Below, piece after piece: positions 1 to 12,644 of a DNA stretch of 64,000 bases. This DNA comes from Eledone cirrhosa (taxonomy: Eukaryota). The stretch is from assembly GCA_964016885.1 (NCBI GenBank), contig OZ024745.1:80104001-80168000 (forward strand), written 5' to 3'. Within the stretch, counting starts at the first letter, position 1. Each line of letters opens with the position of its first letter. The position numbers were made by a program, and so were the translations under genes. The notes below the pieces were generated by a model. That model did not search any database. It was not told where the DNA came from and saw only the letters and a program-made list of their open reading frames with translations.

Positions 1-132
1 ATATACATTTCTGTGTGTGTAATATATATATATACACAGAAATATATATACATTTCTGTGTGTGTAGTATATATATATACACACACAGAAATATATATAC
101 ATTTCTGTGTGTGTAATATATATATATATATA

Positions 133-680
133 CTAGCAGAAAACCACCCGGTGGGCGGTTTTCTGCTAGCAAATCTAGTGTATATACTGATATTGTTGAG
201 ATTTGGATGAGAAATGTTTTTGGCACCACATGTTCACCGTCTCTCGGTGTGTCTTTTATGCATGTATAAATATATATGTTATCTATACGGTGAAATCTTT
301 GAAATAAATATATGTTAAAACGAAAAAGGAGAAAAAGAGATTAGTGACGGAAATATAAACGTTATGATACATAAACGTTATGATATAACGATGGAAATAT
401 ATCTTCAAATGGTCCTTGGCATGGTGTCAAGTCAGAACCGCCTCAAACTGGTTACTTCTGGCTTGTGCAAGGTGTCTCTATAGCAACCAGCGATTCCCTC
501 GGCCTCAGTGACCAAAGTCAGTGGAGAGGGGAAGGTAATGTTTCTATAGCGACAGTGTTTCTCTTGGTAGTACCAAAGTGGAGAAAGGAAGGGGAAGGTA
601 ATATTTCTGTAGCACCTACATTTGAGTTTTAGGGAAGGACAGACAGACAGACAAACAGAGAAATGCCTATATATTTCTGT
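133..680 (-). mobile_element. Non-autonomous Helitron-like element
   Basis: (CTGT)n near the 5' end; terminal hairpin CTAGCAGAAAACC...GGTTTTCTGCTAG ending CTAG|T; inverted homologue at about 1510-2259. Confidence 0.7.
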
Positions 681-977
681 GTGTGTATATATATATATAT
701 ATTACACACACAGAAATGTATATATATTTCTGTGTGTATATATATATATATATATATTACACACACAGAAATGTATATATATTTCTGTGTGTATATATAT
801 ATATTTCTGTGTGTGTATATATATATATATATTACATACACAGAAATGTATATATATTTCTTAGAACAAAATTATTATTAATGTTTTGCTGTTCATAACA
901 ATTGGAATTGAAAAATTACTTTTGAAATTATTAGTTATTTTACTAATGCTTAGATATGTAAAAATGAAGCAATGTTT

Positions 978-1174
978 CTAATAATTGTTTCTACTTTTGG
1001 CACAAGGCCAGCAATTATCCAGTACATTACTGGTACTTTATTTTATCGACCCCGTGAGGATGAAAGGCAAAGTTAACCTCGGCGGTATTTGAACTCAGAC
1101 CGTAAAGGGACGGAACTCCATGCTATGAAGCATGGTGTCCGACTCTCTACAGATTCTGCCAATCCACCGCCCTA
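978..1174 (-). mobile_element. tRNA-derived SINE, family A
   Basis: A-box-like GATTGGCAGAAT, B-box GAGTTCAAAT, central GCCTTTCATCCT..GGGGTCGATAAAATAAAGTACCAG, tail AGAAACAATTATT. Other copies about 4288-4482(+), 10082-10180(-), 19105-19250(+), 24660-24820(+). Confidence 0.85.
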
Positions 1175-1509
1175 ATGTCTGTACGTAATGAGGGAGTGAG
1201 AGGGGAGAGAAAGAAAGGCAGAGGGGAAGTGACGAAGTGACTCTCTCCTCCTCCTCCATCTCCCCATTCGTCACAGTGATAGAGGGGAGGAATGTTAGTG
1301 TTTTACAAAGAGAAAGAGTGAGAGAAACAGACAGATTAAAAGAGAGGGATAGCTGGAGAGAGAGAGAGAGATAGCAACCACGCGCGCACGTGTTTCCACT
1401 GTCGGACAGACAGACAGAGAAATTGCTGGTTATATATTATAAGGATATATATATACACACACAGAAATATATATACATTTCTGTGTGTGTAATATATATA
1501 TACACACAC

Positions 1510-2259
1510 AGAAATATATGGGCATTTCTCTGTTTGTCTGTCTGTCTGTCTGTCCTTCCCTAAAACTCAAATGTAGGTGCTACAGAAATATTACCTTCCC
1601 CTTCCTTTCTCCACTTTGGTACTACCAAGAGAAACACTGTCGCTATAGAAACATTACCTTCCCCTCTCCACTGACTTTGGTCACTAAGGCCGAGGGAATC
1701 GCTGGTTGCTATAGAGACACCTTGCACAAGTCAGAAGTAACCAGTTCGAGGCGGTTCTCACTTGACACCATGCCAAGTCTACTTATAATATATAATGGGC
1801 ATTTCTCTGTTTGTTTGTCTGTCTCTCCGTCTGTAAAAAATGCCAAGGAAACAAATAGACCCGGTTTCAAATCTCTATGCTTTTCAAATTCATTACATTA
1901 ATCTTTATTTATATGTTTCGCTTTACGAGTGTTTCGGCTTATCATTATATATAAACGTTTCTATTTCCATCGTTTTATCATAAACGTTTATATATTTCCA
2001 TCGTTATATCATACCGTTTATGTATCATAACGTTTATATTTCCGTCACTAATCTCTTTTTCTCCTTTTTCGTTTTAACATATATTTATTTCAAAGATTTC
2101 ACCGTATAGATAACATATATATTTATACATGCATAAAAGACACACCGAGAGACGGTGAACATGTGGTGCCGAAAACATTTCTCATCCAAATCTCAACAAT
2201 ATCAGTATATACACTAGATTTACTAGCAGAAAACCGCCCACCGGGTGGTTTTCTGCTAG
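1510..2259 (+). mobile_element. Non-autonomous Helitron-like element (composite; second TC start at 1778)
   Basis: Near-identical reverse complement of 133-680 plus an extra segment beginning TCTACTTATAATATATAATGGGCATTTCTCTGTTTGT; ends with hairpin + CTAG at 2256-2259. Confidence 0.7.
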
Positions 2260-4038
2260 TCTATATATATAAAACTGAGGATGTCTGTCTGTGTGTGTGT
2301 GTGTGTGAGTTTGAATCCCTAAAACTCGAGAAGCACCCAACCGACTGTTTTCAAACTTTTCACATGCAATACTTATGTTTCAGGGAGTGTTCTGAGCAAA
2401 ATAAATTTCAAATTTTCAATGCCCTAGGGACCGCATTAGGCGATTTAGCGATCTCTCTCTATAATTCTTAGTCTTTCTCTTTTTAGATAGATACATATAT
2501 ATATAACGTCGCGCCCTTATAATATCTGTCTGCATTACATCACTTCCCACAATTCTATCTGCATCCAGAACGCGCCCTTATAATATCTGTCTGTATGTAT
2601 GGCTGTCTGCTGCCACCCATGCTCAAGATAAATCTCACACTCATTCCCCAAACAGTTGGTAAGTGCACACAATTTCTTCCTCGCGTTTTAAGCCACAGTG
2701 TTGCTTACTTATGTACCACCAGACCCTTACTTCTTTGCCAGCCATGGTTGTGGCAATACTAAGCTTAGCTAAGGCGGTTATATATTTCGCACAACACTAA
2801 ATACGATTTCCCTCGGCTTCAGGTGACTACCTTCAGAGATGGACCTTCCGCTTCGCACTCAGCCTGTCAATGTATGGCTGTTAAACGGACTGCGAACGCA
2901 TTCTGATTCATTCTAAAAGCTACCAGTGGAAGCAACCATAACACCCTCCTTCAAATATCAGAGATTGCAGTCAAAGTCACTATTAAGGGCTGCAAGTGAA
3001 CGCTCACATGGCCCTTTTTAGGACCATCACTTGAAATTGTTGATGATTACCCTCCTTACTGAGGTGTCAGTGAATGGCTTACACAACCCTTTTAAGGGCC
3101 CTTGAAATAGCTGATGGCGACCCTTTCGTTTAGGGCTGCCAGTGAACGCGCACACACCTCAGGGCCCATTTTATTGCACCATTCCTCTTTAAATTTGTTA
3201 AATTATACCCAGTTTGGTAAACGTTTGTCCAGTTGCGTTTACTTACTAAGGTGCGGTAGACTCCTTCGAGAAGGCTCCACATGCTGTCCGATTGCACGTC
3301 ATGCCTTGCTCAAGCATTGCAGACTTCCCTCTGACATAAGTGGTGACGTCTGTTCTGCTGACTCATGCCACTTTATTAAAGTACAAAAGCACCAAGCCGA
3401 TTTTCTCCATGTCGAAGGAGAAGCATGCCTAATACTAATTGCATCAGAATATTCGGTTTATTTTCTTTACATATTGTCCAGACATGCAGTTTTCCCACAA
3501 TTAGGTCTGTTGGCGGCCCGTGTTATGCACATAAAAAATTCAACTTTTTGATCCCCTAGGGCCCGCATTAGGTGAAAAACTGCTTTTTTTTCAGCTTTTT
3601 ATGGGTATTTTGAGCCGTTACGTCAGACCGATTTCCTTGAAATTGTAACTATGTATTAGTCAGTCTATTCTTCATACCATGAGCAAAGAAAATCCAACTT
3701 TTTTATGGCCTAGGGCCTGCATTAGGTGAAAAACTTCATTTTTTCAGCTTTTTAGGGCTTTTTTTAGGCTTTACGTCTAGCCGATTTTCCTGAAATTTCA
3801 AGGCATATTATGCACATAAAAAAAATTTATTTTCTTGATGGCCTAGGGCCCGCATTAGGTGAAATCCTGCATTTTTCCTGCTTCATCGAGGAAAATCTTA
3901 AAGATTATCCAGCCATCAGAGTATTCGGTTTATTTTCTTTACATATTGTCGAGGCATGAAATTTTTCCACGATTAGGTCTGTTGGCGGCCCGCGTTCCAA
4001 AATACCTTATCCCGTGCAACGCCGGGTACCACTGCTAG
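2260..4038 (+). mobile_element. Non-autonomous Helitron
   Basis: 5' TCTATATATATAAAA plus GT/CTGT microsatellite; 3' CCCGTGCAACGCCGGG hairpin then CTAG|T; internal repeats of CCTAGGGCCCGCATTAGGTGAAA. Confidence 0.8.
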
Positions 4039-4596
4039 TATATATATAAAGTCCAAATAAGGACGAAACAATTGTAAATCAATATTTAGTGAGAAACTGT
4101 ATTTGGTAATACTTTAATGAATAATTTGTGTGTATATATATATATATATATATCATTTGTGACGCACGTTTCACTATTGATCAGTTCAAGGTTCGACCTA
4201 TATTGATCTGGCCCAACTCTGTAATCAAAAGCTCATCAGATATTTAGAATATATTTCTCTGTATGTTACATTTTATATTTCAACAATGGGTTGGCAGTAT
4301 CAGTAGAGTGTCAGGCAACATGTTTTGCAGCATTTAGTTATGGCCCTTTATGTTTTGAGTTCAAATGTTGCCTTTTATCTTTATGGGGTCGATAAAATAA
4401 AGTACCAGTAATGCACTGGGGTCGATTTAATCAACTTTCCCTTCCCCCAAATTGCTGGTCTTGTGGCTATAGTAGAAATCATTGTATTTCACCAATACAT
4501 TAATTCTTGATCATATTCATTCTTGATTTTCTTCTCATTACTTTACATTCTATTATTCAAACCATAAACGTCTTTCTTTTATTTTGTTTTTTTCAG

Positions 4597-4793
4597 AATT
4601 TGATATTGCACTCACTAAAGAAAATAATATGCTGAAAGAACTAAAGCTTTGTAAAATCTGTTTAGATGAAGAATTGAGTGTGGTGTTTTTACCATGTGGC
4701 CATTTGGTCACATGTGCATCATGTGCGTCTGCTCTCACAAACTGTCCTTTGTGTCGAAAAAAAATTCAAGGACTGGTTAAGGTGTATTTCTGA
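4597..4793 (+). CDS. Terminal RING exon of a second, convergent IAP paralogue (upstream exons not seen in window)
   Basis: tttttttcAG acceptor, 197 nt, same phase as the exon at 10332-10528. LTKENNMLKELKLCKICLDEELSVVFLPCGHLVTCASCASALTNCPLCRKKIQGLVKVYF*. About 100 nt of upstream intron is homologous to 10529-10640. Confidence 0.9.
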
Positions 4794-4974
4794 GGGAATG
4801 ATTTTTTGTAACCTCTGACAGAAATTAAGCCAGAATCAGTTCCAGTATGAGCAATGCCCTAAGGACAGACACTAGTCTATTGAAGACGCAGGACATGGCA
4901 GTGATGATGAGGGACAGAGACCGCTGGAGAGAACTCGTCCATGGATCTCGGGAATTTTACCCGCCTTAGATAGA

Positions 4975-5100
4975 TAGATGTCTCTAGACAAAAACATGGA
5001 CTTGGAAGTTAACAATGAAGACGTGGAGAAGTTACTTGAGGACCACAAAATTGAGCTTGGCATGGAAGAATTTAAACAACTTCAGGAGTAGCAGCAACAG
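4975..5100 (+). mobile_element. pogo/Tigger-like transposase C-terminal remnant
   Basis: Translates SLDKNMDLEVNNEDVEKLLEDHKIELGMEEFKQLQE, resembling the acidic Tigger C-terminus. Confidence 0.5.
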
Positions 5101-5612
5101 ACTGTAGGTTTCGCTTTGTATATAGGCAAGGCGGGTCTTCTGAATTACTCCATAGCACCAAAGATCTCAGTCCAGTGACATTGTCTTAGAGAGATGTAAG
5201 TGTGCACGGTTGGAATTTATCAAATCATCCCAGGTTTTTCTGGGTCTGCCTACTCCAGAATATATTTTTTTAACTCGCTTGAAAAATAAGTTGAATTACT
5301 TTGAATAAATAATGAATGAATATTACATAATTTATCTACTAAATTTCATTATTCTTGATTAAATATAAATAATTTTGTTGCTTATTTTCAAATGTCAACA
5401 CTTCCGGTTAGCGATCGCTTAAATAGACATTCATATATTTCCGTCACTAATTTTCTCCTAATGTAGATTATATATAATATCGTCTTTTTTTAATGTATCA
5501 CGGATTACGTTACTGATTATGTAAGACAGTGTAACACAGTCTTCATTCAATTTCTGTGTATATTGTCAATTATGATTTTATTTGATGTATCATATCTACA
5601 TGCATATATACT

Positions 5613-5682
5613 TACGTATAATATCAATATGCACACTACACATGCTAGCAGAAAACCACCCTAAGGATGGTTTTTCTGCTAG
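5613..5682 (+). mobile_element. Helitron-like 3' terminus (related copy at about 7795-7866)
   Basis: CTAGCAGAAAACC...GGTTTTTCTGCTAG|T hairpin terminus as at 133 and 2259. Confidence 0.55.
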
Positions 5683-6099
5683 TATAACTAATTGTACAAA
5701 CACAGACACACTTACAAAAATATACTCATATACATACATTCACACAAACATACATACGCACACAGCATGATAGCATTCGATAAATGGGGAAATGGGAGGG
5801 TAAAATGAAGTATAACTTTTTATTTACTTATTCTTAACAACAAAGTTTAACTCATTTGTTGTTACAGGTTTAACTCAGTCATATAAAGATATAATAATAT
5901 AATGCTTACAGAACAAAAACACAAACAAATATAATATATACAAAGGAAAGGGAAAGGAAAAAAAGAAAGAAAAAAAAACACAAGCAGGTGATACACACAT
6001 CTTAGACCACATACAACAAAAGGCAGATGAAAGGGGTGGACAAACGAACAACTACCAGAGCAGAAGATAACAATATAGCGAGGAGCACTGAAAAACCTC

Positions 6100-6531
6100 T
6101 AATAATTTTTGAGGCAAGCCAGCACGCTCGCAGCATTACGTCGAGTGATGGCGAGGCTGAGGTGCTGGAACAACCAAGCAACCTCACAAGCTTCATCAGT
6201 TACCTCTGTTTGGCAAGCTGCCAGTGAAGATAAGAACCTCGCTGTCAGTAGCCCGACTCCCTCAAACGTTTCAAACATCACAGGCTTGAAAATGTAGTTA
6301 ACCAACAAATCACAGTATTTTAGGATTTTGTTCCGTTCAGCTACATATGCTGTAGCTCTCCCCTTTACTTGCATCCAGGGTGTGGGAAGAAGCAAAGGAG
6401 TCACTAACTGTGACATCCCAGATAAGGCACCTGCCTCTTAACCAGGGGCACAGGATAAGACCATCAGGTCCATCAATTCTGGACAACCCAGAGAGTTCTA
6501 AAATCGAGGGGATGTTTGCCCAGGCCAACAC
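6100..6531 (-). mobile_element. CRE-like non-LTR remnant (restriction-like endonuclease domain)
   Basis: IPSILELSGLSRIDGPDGL.LCPW.RGRCLIWDVTVSD and F.PV.FETF.GVG motifs, frameshifted. Confidence 0.65.
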
Positions 6532-6699
6532 TCATAAGTGGTAATAGGACTGTGTGTATGTGCGCGTGCTTAAGTTTGTCAGTGTTCTTGAATTAGAGAC
6601 GTGTGTGCGTCACCATTTTTAGGTTAGAGACATATAGATGTGTGTGTATCCTTCCCTTTACATACATTTTGTGATGGACAGAAGTCGCTCAAATTTATA

Positions 6700-7250
6700 T
6701 ACATGTGAATGGAGTTCCACTGATGCAGGCAGAGAAGTTCAAGTATCTCAGAGCTATGTTCATGAATGAAGGAAGGCAGGAGGCTGAATTAAGTGCAAAA
6801 ATTGCAAAAGCTGATGCAGTAATGTGCCAGCCTCAGCAACCAGAAGGGGGTAGGTGTAAAAGCCAAACTCGCTGTCTTCCTGGTATTCCTGTCAACTCTT
6901 ACCGAGGATCATGAATCTTGAGTAATGACCAAAAGAATACAATTGCAAATAAAAGTGACGGAAATGAGGTTCCTCTTAATGACCTTTGGAGTAACGTTAC
7001 TTAGTAGAGTGTGTCACTCGGAGATCAGAGTCACTACTTCTCCAGATTGAGAGATTACAGTTCCTATATGGGCATGTGGTTAGAATGTCTCAGGAAAGAA
7101 TCGCTGGACAGATTTTACAACTGGGAAAAGACCCAGAGGTAGATCCTGAACAAGATAGTTGGATAACATCCATGAGCTAGGCTGGTCACACTTTGGGATC
7201 CAGCTGAATCAGTTAGAGACTCGCTGGAAGGAATGTTTGAGAAGGACTCT
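6700..7250 (+). mobile_element. Old Rex3/Expander-like RTE LINE 3' fragment
   Basis: EKFKYL...EGRQEAEL and GHESW-like motifs; homologous to 13270-13870. Confidence 0.7.
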
Positions 7251-7703
7251 GCATATCATATCTATATGCATATATATATATATATATATATAGTGGTGGA
7301 ACACTGGAATGTAATATCCGTAGTGGTAGAGCACTCAGTCCAAGAGACGAGTTAGGTAGAAGTGGTTACACAACTGTTAGTTCACCATACCGAGAACAAT
7401 TGTGGCTTATGTATCGACGGACGAATAACTATCCTAAAGAGATTACGCAATAGTGATTGCCTAAACACGAGAAGTGAATTTTTCACACGTTGTCCACACG
7501 TCACCAAACATCTATTGCATAACTACAAGGCTCCGGACTGATTCTTTGTAATTTTATTTTCAACCTAAAAACTTTCCGGACTTTCGCAGTTATCTCCCTT
7601 ACACCTCCCGCACACAGTCTAGTATTGCCCGTGTGAAGTGACCGAGTTTCTGCGCATGCGCGTTCGTACAGTTGTCCTTCCTGTTCCTATAACCATACAC
7701 ATC

Positions 7704-7743
7704 CCGAGCTGAAGATCCGCGAAGGTGAAACAATTGTTCTCGG
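7704..7743 (+). ncRNA. Type-I minimal hammerhead ribozyme
   Basis: CCGAG-CTGAAGA-TCC gcgaa GGT-GAAA-CAATTG-TT-CTCGG; weak stem II. Confidence 0.7.
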
Positions 7744-7929
7744 TATGGTGAACTAACTGCTGTGTAACCACTTATATATATATATATATATATATACGTA
7801 TAATTACAATATGCACACTACATATGCCATCAGAAAACCGCCCAAAGGGCAGTTCTTCTGATAGTAACTATAATAAATATAATTATTATTTATTGCAAAA
7901 TAACTAGTATTCATTACAATATAAATATT

Positions 7930-8425
7930 ATTTAACAAAAGGTCGAGAGGACACTTCAGTCATGTCAAGGACATGACAACCTCCCTAGAATTTGGTGATC
8001 TACACAACAAACGCACCCAGTACACTCTGTAAAGTGGTTGGTGATAAGAAGGGCATCCAGCTGTAGAAAGCTTGCCAGACAAAGGGTCACGAGGATCTTC
8101 AGCTGTGTCAAGAACATGACAGCCTCCCAAGTGTTTGATCTATAGGATAAATGCACACTGTAAAGTGGTTGGTGATAGGAAGGGTATCCAGTGATAGAAA
8201 TCTTGCCAAACAAAAGGGTCAAGAGGACACTCAGTTGTGTCAAAGACATAACAACCTCTCCTGTGCATATGCTGGTGTGTCAACCGTACATAAAGTAAGA
8301 CACAATCCCTGGCCGACCTGGAAGATCAAAGGCTCTGCTTCAGTACTGAGTTGGCCTATGTAGACCTGGCCAACCCTTGCTAGCAGGGAAAGCAGATGTT
8401 AAAATGATGATGATGATGATGATGA
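7930..8425 (+). mobile_element. Non-autonomous RTE-tailed element with internal repeats of about 140 bp
   Basis: Three AAAGGGTC(A/G)..AGGA units, CTGTAAAGTGGTTGGTGATA.GAAGGG motif, (GAT)n tail. Confidence 0.6.
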
Positions 8426-10331
8426 ATGACTATTTATTACATTATAACTATTATTTATTACAATATAAATGTTATTTATTACAATTCTAGCAGTTTTCGC
8501 TCCAGTTTGTACTGTGCTCAAATCTCCCTCTTCCATACACCCCTCATGTCCTAACACCCCACACTTCACCCACGTACCTTCACCCCTACACTTCCCCAGA
8601 TAAGTGCCCCACCCTAGATCTACCTCACCAATCCTCCCACACCCCAGCCCCCAGTCCACACTGTAAAGAGGTCGTTTTGGTGCCACGACAAAAAACGCCC
8701 AGTCCAAACTGTAAAGTGGTTGTGTAGGTGTCAACAAAAAGCACCCAATCCACACTGTAAAGTGGTTGTGTAGGTGACACGACAAAAAACACCCAGTCCA
8801 CACTATAAATGTGTTTAACATTAGAAAGGACATCCAGGCATAGAAGCTAAGCCAGAAACAGTTCTGTATGAGCAAGTCATGGTCATCTGATCTAGTTTGT
8901 CTCACAGTGAAACAAGTGGTCTACCTCATGTTAGTGTGGAAAAATAGACGTTAAATAGTGATGATAACGACGATGATGATACTTTATAGTCGCCCACCTC
9001 TATTCTGTTTTCAAAAAAAAACAGGCAACAACAACAAAAAAAACTAGGAAAACAAATTCCTTTGCAGCCGTCACCAGGAGCTTTTCTATAAATTTAAATG
9101 GCTGAGGGGTGCTTATCTGTAACTCCAAGGGTACCCCTCCATCCCTGCCTCTATTTTCAGAAAAAGGAGTCATTGGCAAGTGAGTTGGATGTCAGAAATA
9201 AACAAAACAAAACTAAAAAAGAAAAAAAAAATTTCCTCAGAAAAATCTCTGAGGTTGGAAAAAGTCAAAGGTCCTCCACCTTGCGCCTCTCATTCCATTT
9301 TCAGAGAAAAAGTCAATGGCGAGCATGTCGGTAGTCAGATTAGTTGAAAACATGAAAAACCTTAATTATTACCAATTTTATTTAGTGTTGAGAAAGTGAT
9401 GAGAGACATCAAGAGGGATAGATAGAGAGACAAAGGGAGATAGATAGAGACATTAAATGAGATAGAGAGAAATTATATGAATGCATAAACCAGCAAGAGT
9501 GCCTGTCTCAGAGTCACTGTGCTAGAAACAGCAGCAAAATTTCTCCACCTTACCCGTCATTCCGTTTTCAGAGAAAAAGTTGATGACGATCATGTCAGAT
9601 TAGTTGAAAACACACAGAAAAACCTTAATTATTACTAATTTTATTTAGTGTTATTAGTGGACAACATACAAACAAACTTCCTTTTTATAATTATTATAGA
9701 TAAATATTATTTATTACAATATAACTACTAAGATTTGCAATATAACTATTATTTATTACAACAAGCCCATACATTTATTTAACGCTCTTTTTGACAACTT
9801 AATACAAATAACGGAACAACAAAGTATACATTTCCTAGCAATGAATATTTTATTCCAATAGGGAGGATGAACAAACTTGTACTCTATCAATCCCGAAAGG
9901 ATAAAAGGTAAAGCAAACCTCAATAGGTTTTGAACTTAGAAAATAAAGGGCTGTAACTATATGCTACAAAGCATGTTGTCCAACACACAAATAACAGAAC
10001 AAAGTATAATTTTACCAATCAGTTGGCCATGGCAAAACAGACAGGCAATGTGTATTTTATTATGATAGAAATGGTGTACAAATAATTGTTTCTACTTTAG
10101 GCACAAGGCCAGCAATTACCCAGTGCATTACTAGTACTTTATTTTATCGACCCCGTAAGGATGAAAGGCAAAGTCAACCTGGTGTACAAATAATAATTAG
10201 TAAATAGTCTTATGAACTAATACAGCACACATATATATAATTTACATATATATATGTGTAGCAGTAATATTCAATTATGGGTCTCAAAAGAGTTGTACTA
10301 GATGCATGTATGTTGAATATCAAACCATACC

Positions 10332-10528
10332 TCAGAAATATGCCTTAACACGATTAAGAACCTTTTTCTGACACACAGGACAGTTACTGAAATCAGGAGA
10401 ACATAATGCACAACTGACAAAATGGCCACATGGTAAAAACACATCACCCAATTCTTCTTCTAAACAGATTTTACAAAGTTTGTATTGTTTCAGCTTATTA
10501 TTTTCTTTAACTAGATCAGCATATGATA
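10332..10528 (-). CDS. IAP exon 6: C-terminal C3HC4 RING and stop
   Basis: ttttttcAG acceptor, 197 nt. LVKENNKLKQYKLCKICLEEELGDVFLPCGHFVSCALCSPDFSNCPVCQKKVLNRVKAYF* (no ATG, so absent from the ORF track). Confidence 0.93.
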
Positions 10529-10645
10529 CTGAAAAAATAAAAATAAAACAAAGACATTTACAGTTTGAATATCAGAAACATGATAATAGAATGTAAAGTA
10601 ATGAGAAGAAAATCAATGAATATGATCAAGAATTAAAGTAATATA

Positions 10646-10836
10646 ATAATTGTTTCTACATTTGGCACAAGACCAGCAATTACCCAGTGCATTACTGGTA
10701 CTTTATTTTATCGACCCCGTAAGGATGAAAGGCAAAGTTAACCTCAGCGGGATTTGAACTTAGACCGTAAAGGGACGTAATTATGCTGGAAAGCATGGCG
10801 TCCGACCCTCTACTGATACTGCCAATCCACCGCCCT
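10646..10836 (-). mobile_element. SINE family A in IAP intron 5
   Basis: Full-length match to 978-1174. Confidence 0.85.
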
Positions 10837-11599
10837 AAAGTGATATAATAATAATGATAATAATGAATTTATTGTGTAAAGTGGTTAGGTGCACTACAAA
10901 AATATATAAAGAAACATTTTTTTAATTAACACTTTAGTTTAAATTAACCCATTATTATTATTAAATGTGGGTTAAAAACAACATCAACAATTATGTAAGA
11001 AAAAATAGTATTCTCAATACTGAAAAGGGAAATATGGAGTACATCTAATATAGTTATAACTACTCTAACCCTTTAACATTTAAACCGGCTGTATCCAGCC
11101 AGAATTCTCTCACCTCTTTCTTTTCAAACTGGTCATAACCAGTTGCTTATACTGATGTTAAGGTATTGTTCTCAAAATAAATAATATCAAAATCTTATAG
11201 ATTTGATATGATGTGGGATAATTATATGAGGTAAAACCTTTACCATGAAAATACAATAGTAAATATAAAGTAATGTAAATGCTAAAGCCATTTTCTTTCT
11301 TAGTTTCTGGCTAGTGAATTTAGTGAAAAGTACAGCAGATATTTATTTTTAAACTAAAGATCATATTAGAAATTAATTTTATTCATATAAATTAAATAAC
11401 ATTACAAATTGTTTATAATTCTTACAGAATGAAAATATAAACACATAATAAATACAATTAATTATTGCTGGGAACCTTACAAATATAATACACAAAAATA
11501 TATGATCAAAGTGAGATAAAAAAACAAACAAAAACAACCATCACTTCACCACCAAGTGCAACAATCAGCCACAGACCACAAAGGTAAGCCAACACATTC

Positions 11600-12350
11600 G
11601 CAGCTTCACTGCAGCTGATGGTGAGGCTAAGATGCTGAAACAACCAGGCACCCCACAGACATCACCTGACACCTTGGTAAGGCAAGTTGCTAACAATGAC
11701 AAGAACTTTGCTGTCACTGGCCCAGCTCTACCAAACGTATCTAATCGTTTTTTTATAGTTCCCAGTAATTTAGGATTATTCCATTCGGCAATGGAAGCAG
11801 TGACCCTCATATTTACAGCAACATCCATGATGTGGGAGGGAGCAAAAGACTCACTGACTGTGGCATCCCAGATGAGACATCTGCCTCATACCCAGGGACA
11901 AAGGGTAGACCATCTTATCTATTCCAATCAATTCTGGATAATCCACATAGCTCCAGAACTGAGGGGATATTTACTTGAGCTAGGGCCCACTTAATGATCA
12001 GGTTTAGCTTTGTGAGGCAGGTGAAGCAACCAGCATTCGGGCAGCAACACAACCATAGAGGCCTGCGGTACCGAGGGGCCCTACCACAGTGACATCTCAG
12101 ACAACAGCTCCCGCTCAGAAGCAATGGAGATGCGGTGTATGCACAGATTAAGAAGTTCACCAATGTTGGTCTCAGGCAGGGCATCAATCCAGTCGCCCAA
12201 GAAGAGATAGTGACAAGTATTTACACAGACCGAGACCTCCCAACTGTTTGGGAGAAGGTAGCCCAGTCGCGGGACTCTGGAGGGTATCTGACATTGACCA
12301 TGGTATAGACAGTGGAAGTTTTCATGGATGCTTCCTTGCCTTGGAATCAA
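11600..12350 (-). mobile_element. CRE-like non-LTR remnant, same family as 6100-6531
   Basis: WIDALP...G, Cys/His knuckle remnant, IPSVLELCGLSRID, and WD-type motif, with frameshifts. Confidence 0.65.
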
Positions 12351-12506
12351 TAACTATCTAATATCCATGTAAAACAAGAGAAGGATCATTTTGTAGCAGC
12401 TACTTCACTGTCAGTACTTTTATAGATAGTAAAGGAATCATTTAATATTTACTAACAATCATTTCAATATATAAAGAAATAGAGGAATAATCACTTATTT
12501 ACTTAC

Positions 12507-12644
12507 TAGCTGTCATTTCAGAGCCAACTTTTATTGTTGTTTGGGCAGGCTCCTCTTCATCGCTTACATCTTCAATATCATCATCAAAATCAGGGCATTT
12601 ATGGATTGCTTCTAGTAACTGGGATGCTTTTGAAAAAGATTTAC
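12507..12644 (-). CDS. IAP exon 5: UBA C-terminal helix and acidic linker
   Basis: tttttttcAG acceptor, GTAAGT donor, 138 nt, phase 1 to 1. GKSFSKASQLLEAIHKCPDFDDDIEDVSDEEPAQ... Confidence 0.9.

Noticed and set aside
3114-3551. 145-aa ORF inside the Helitron as a captured gene
   Set aside because: No recognisable domain, and its 3' part runs into an internal repeat of the element.
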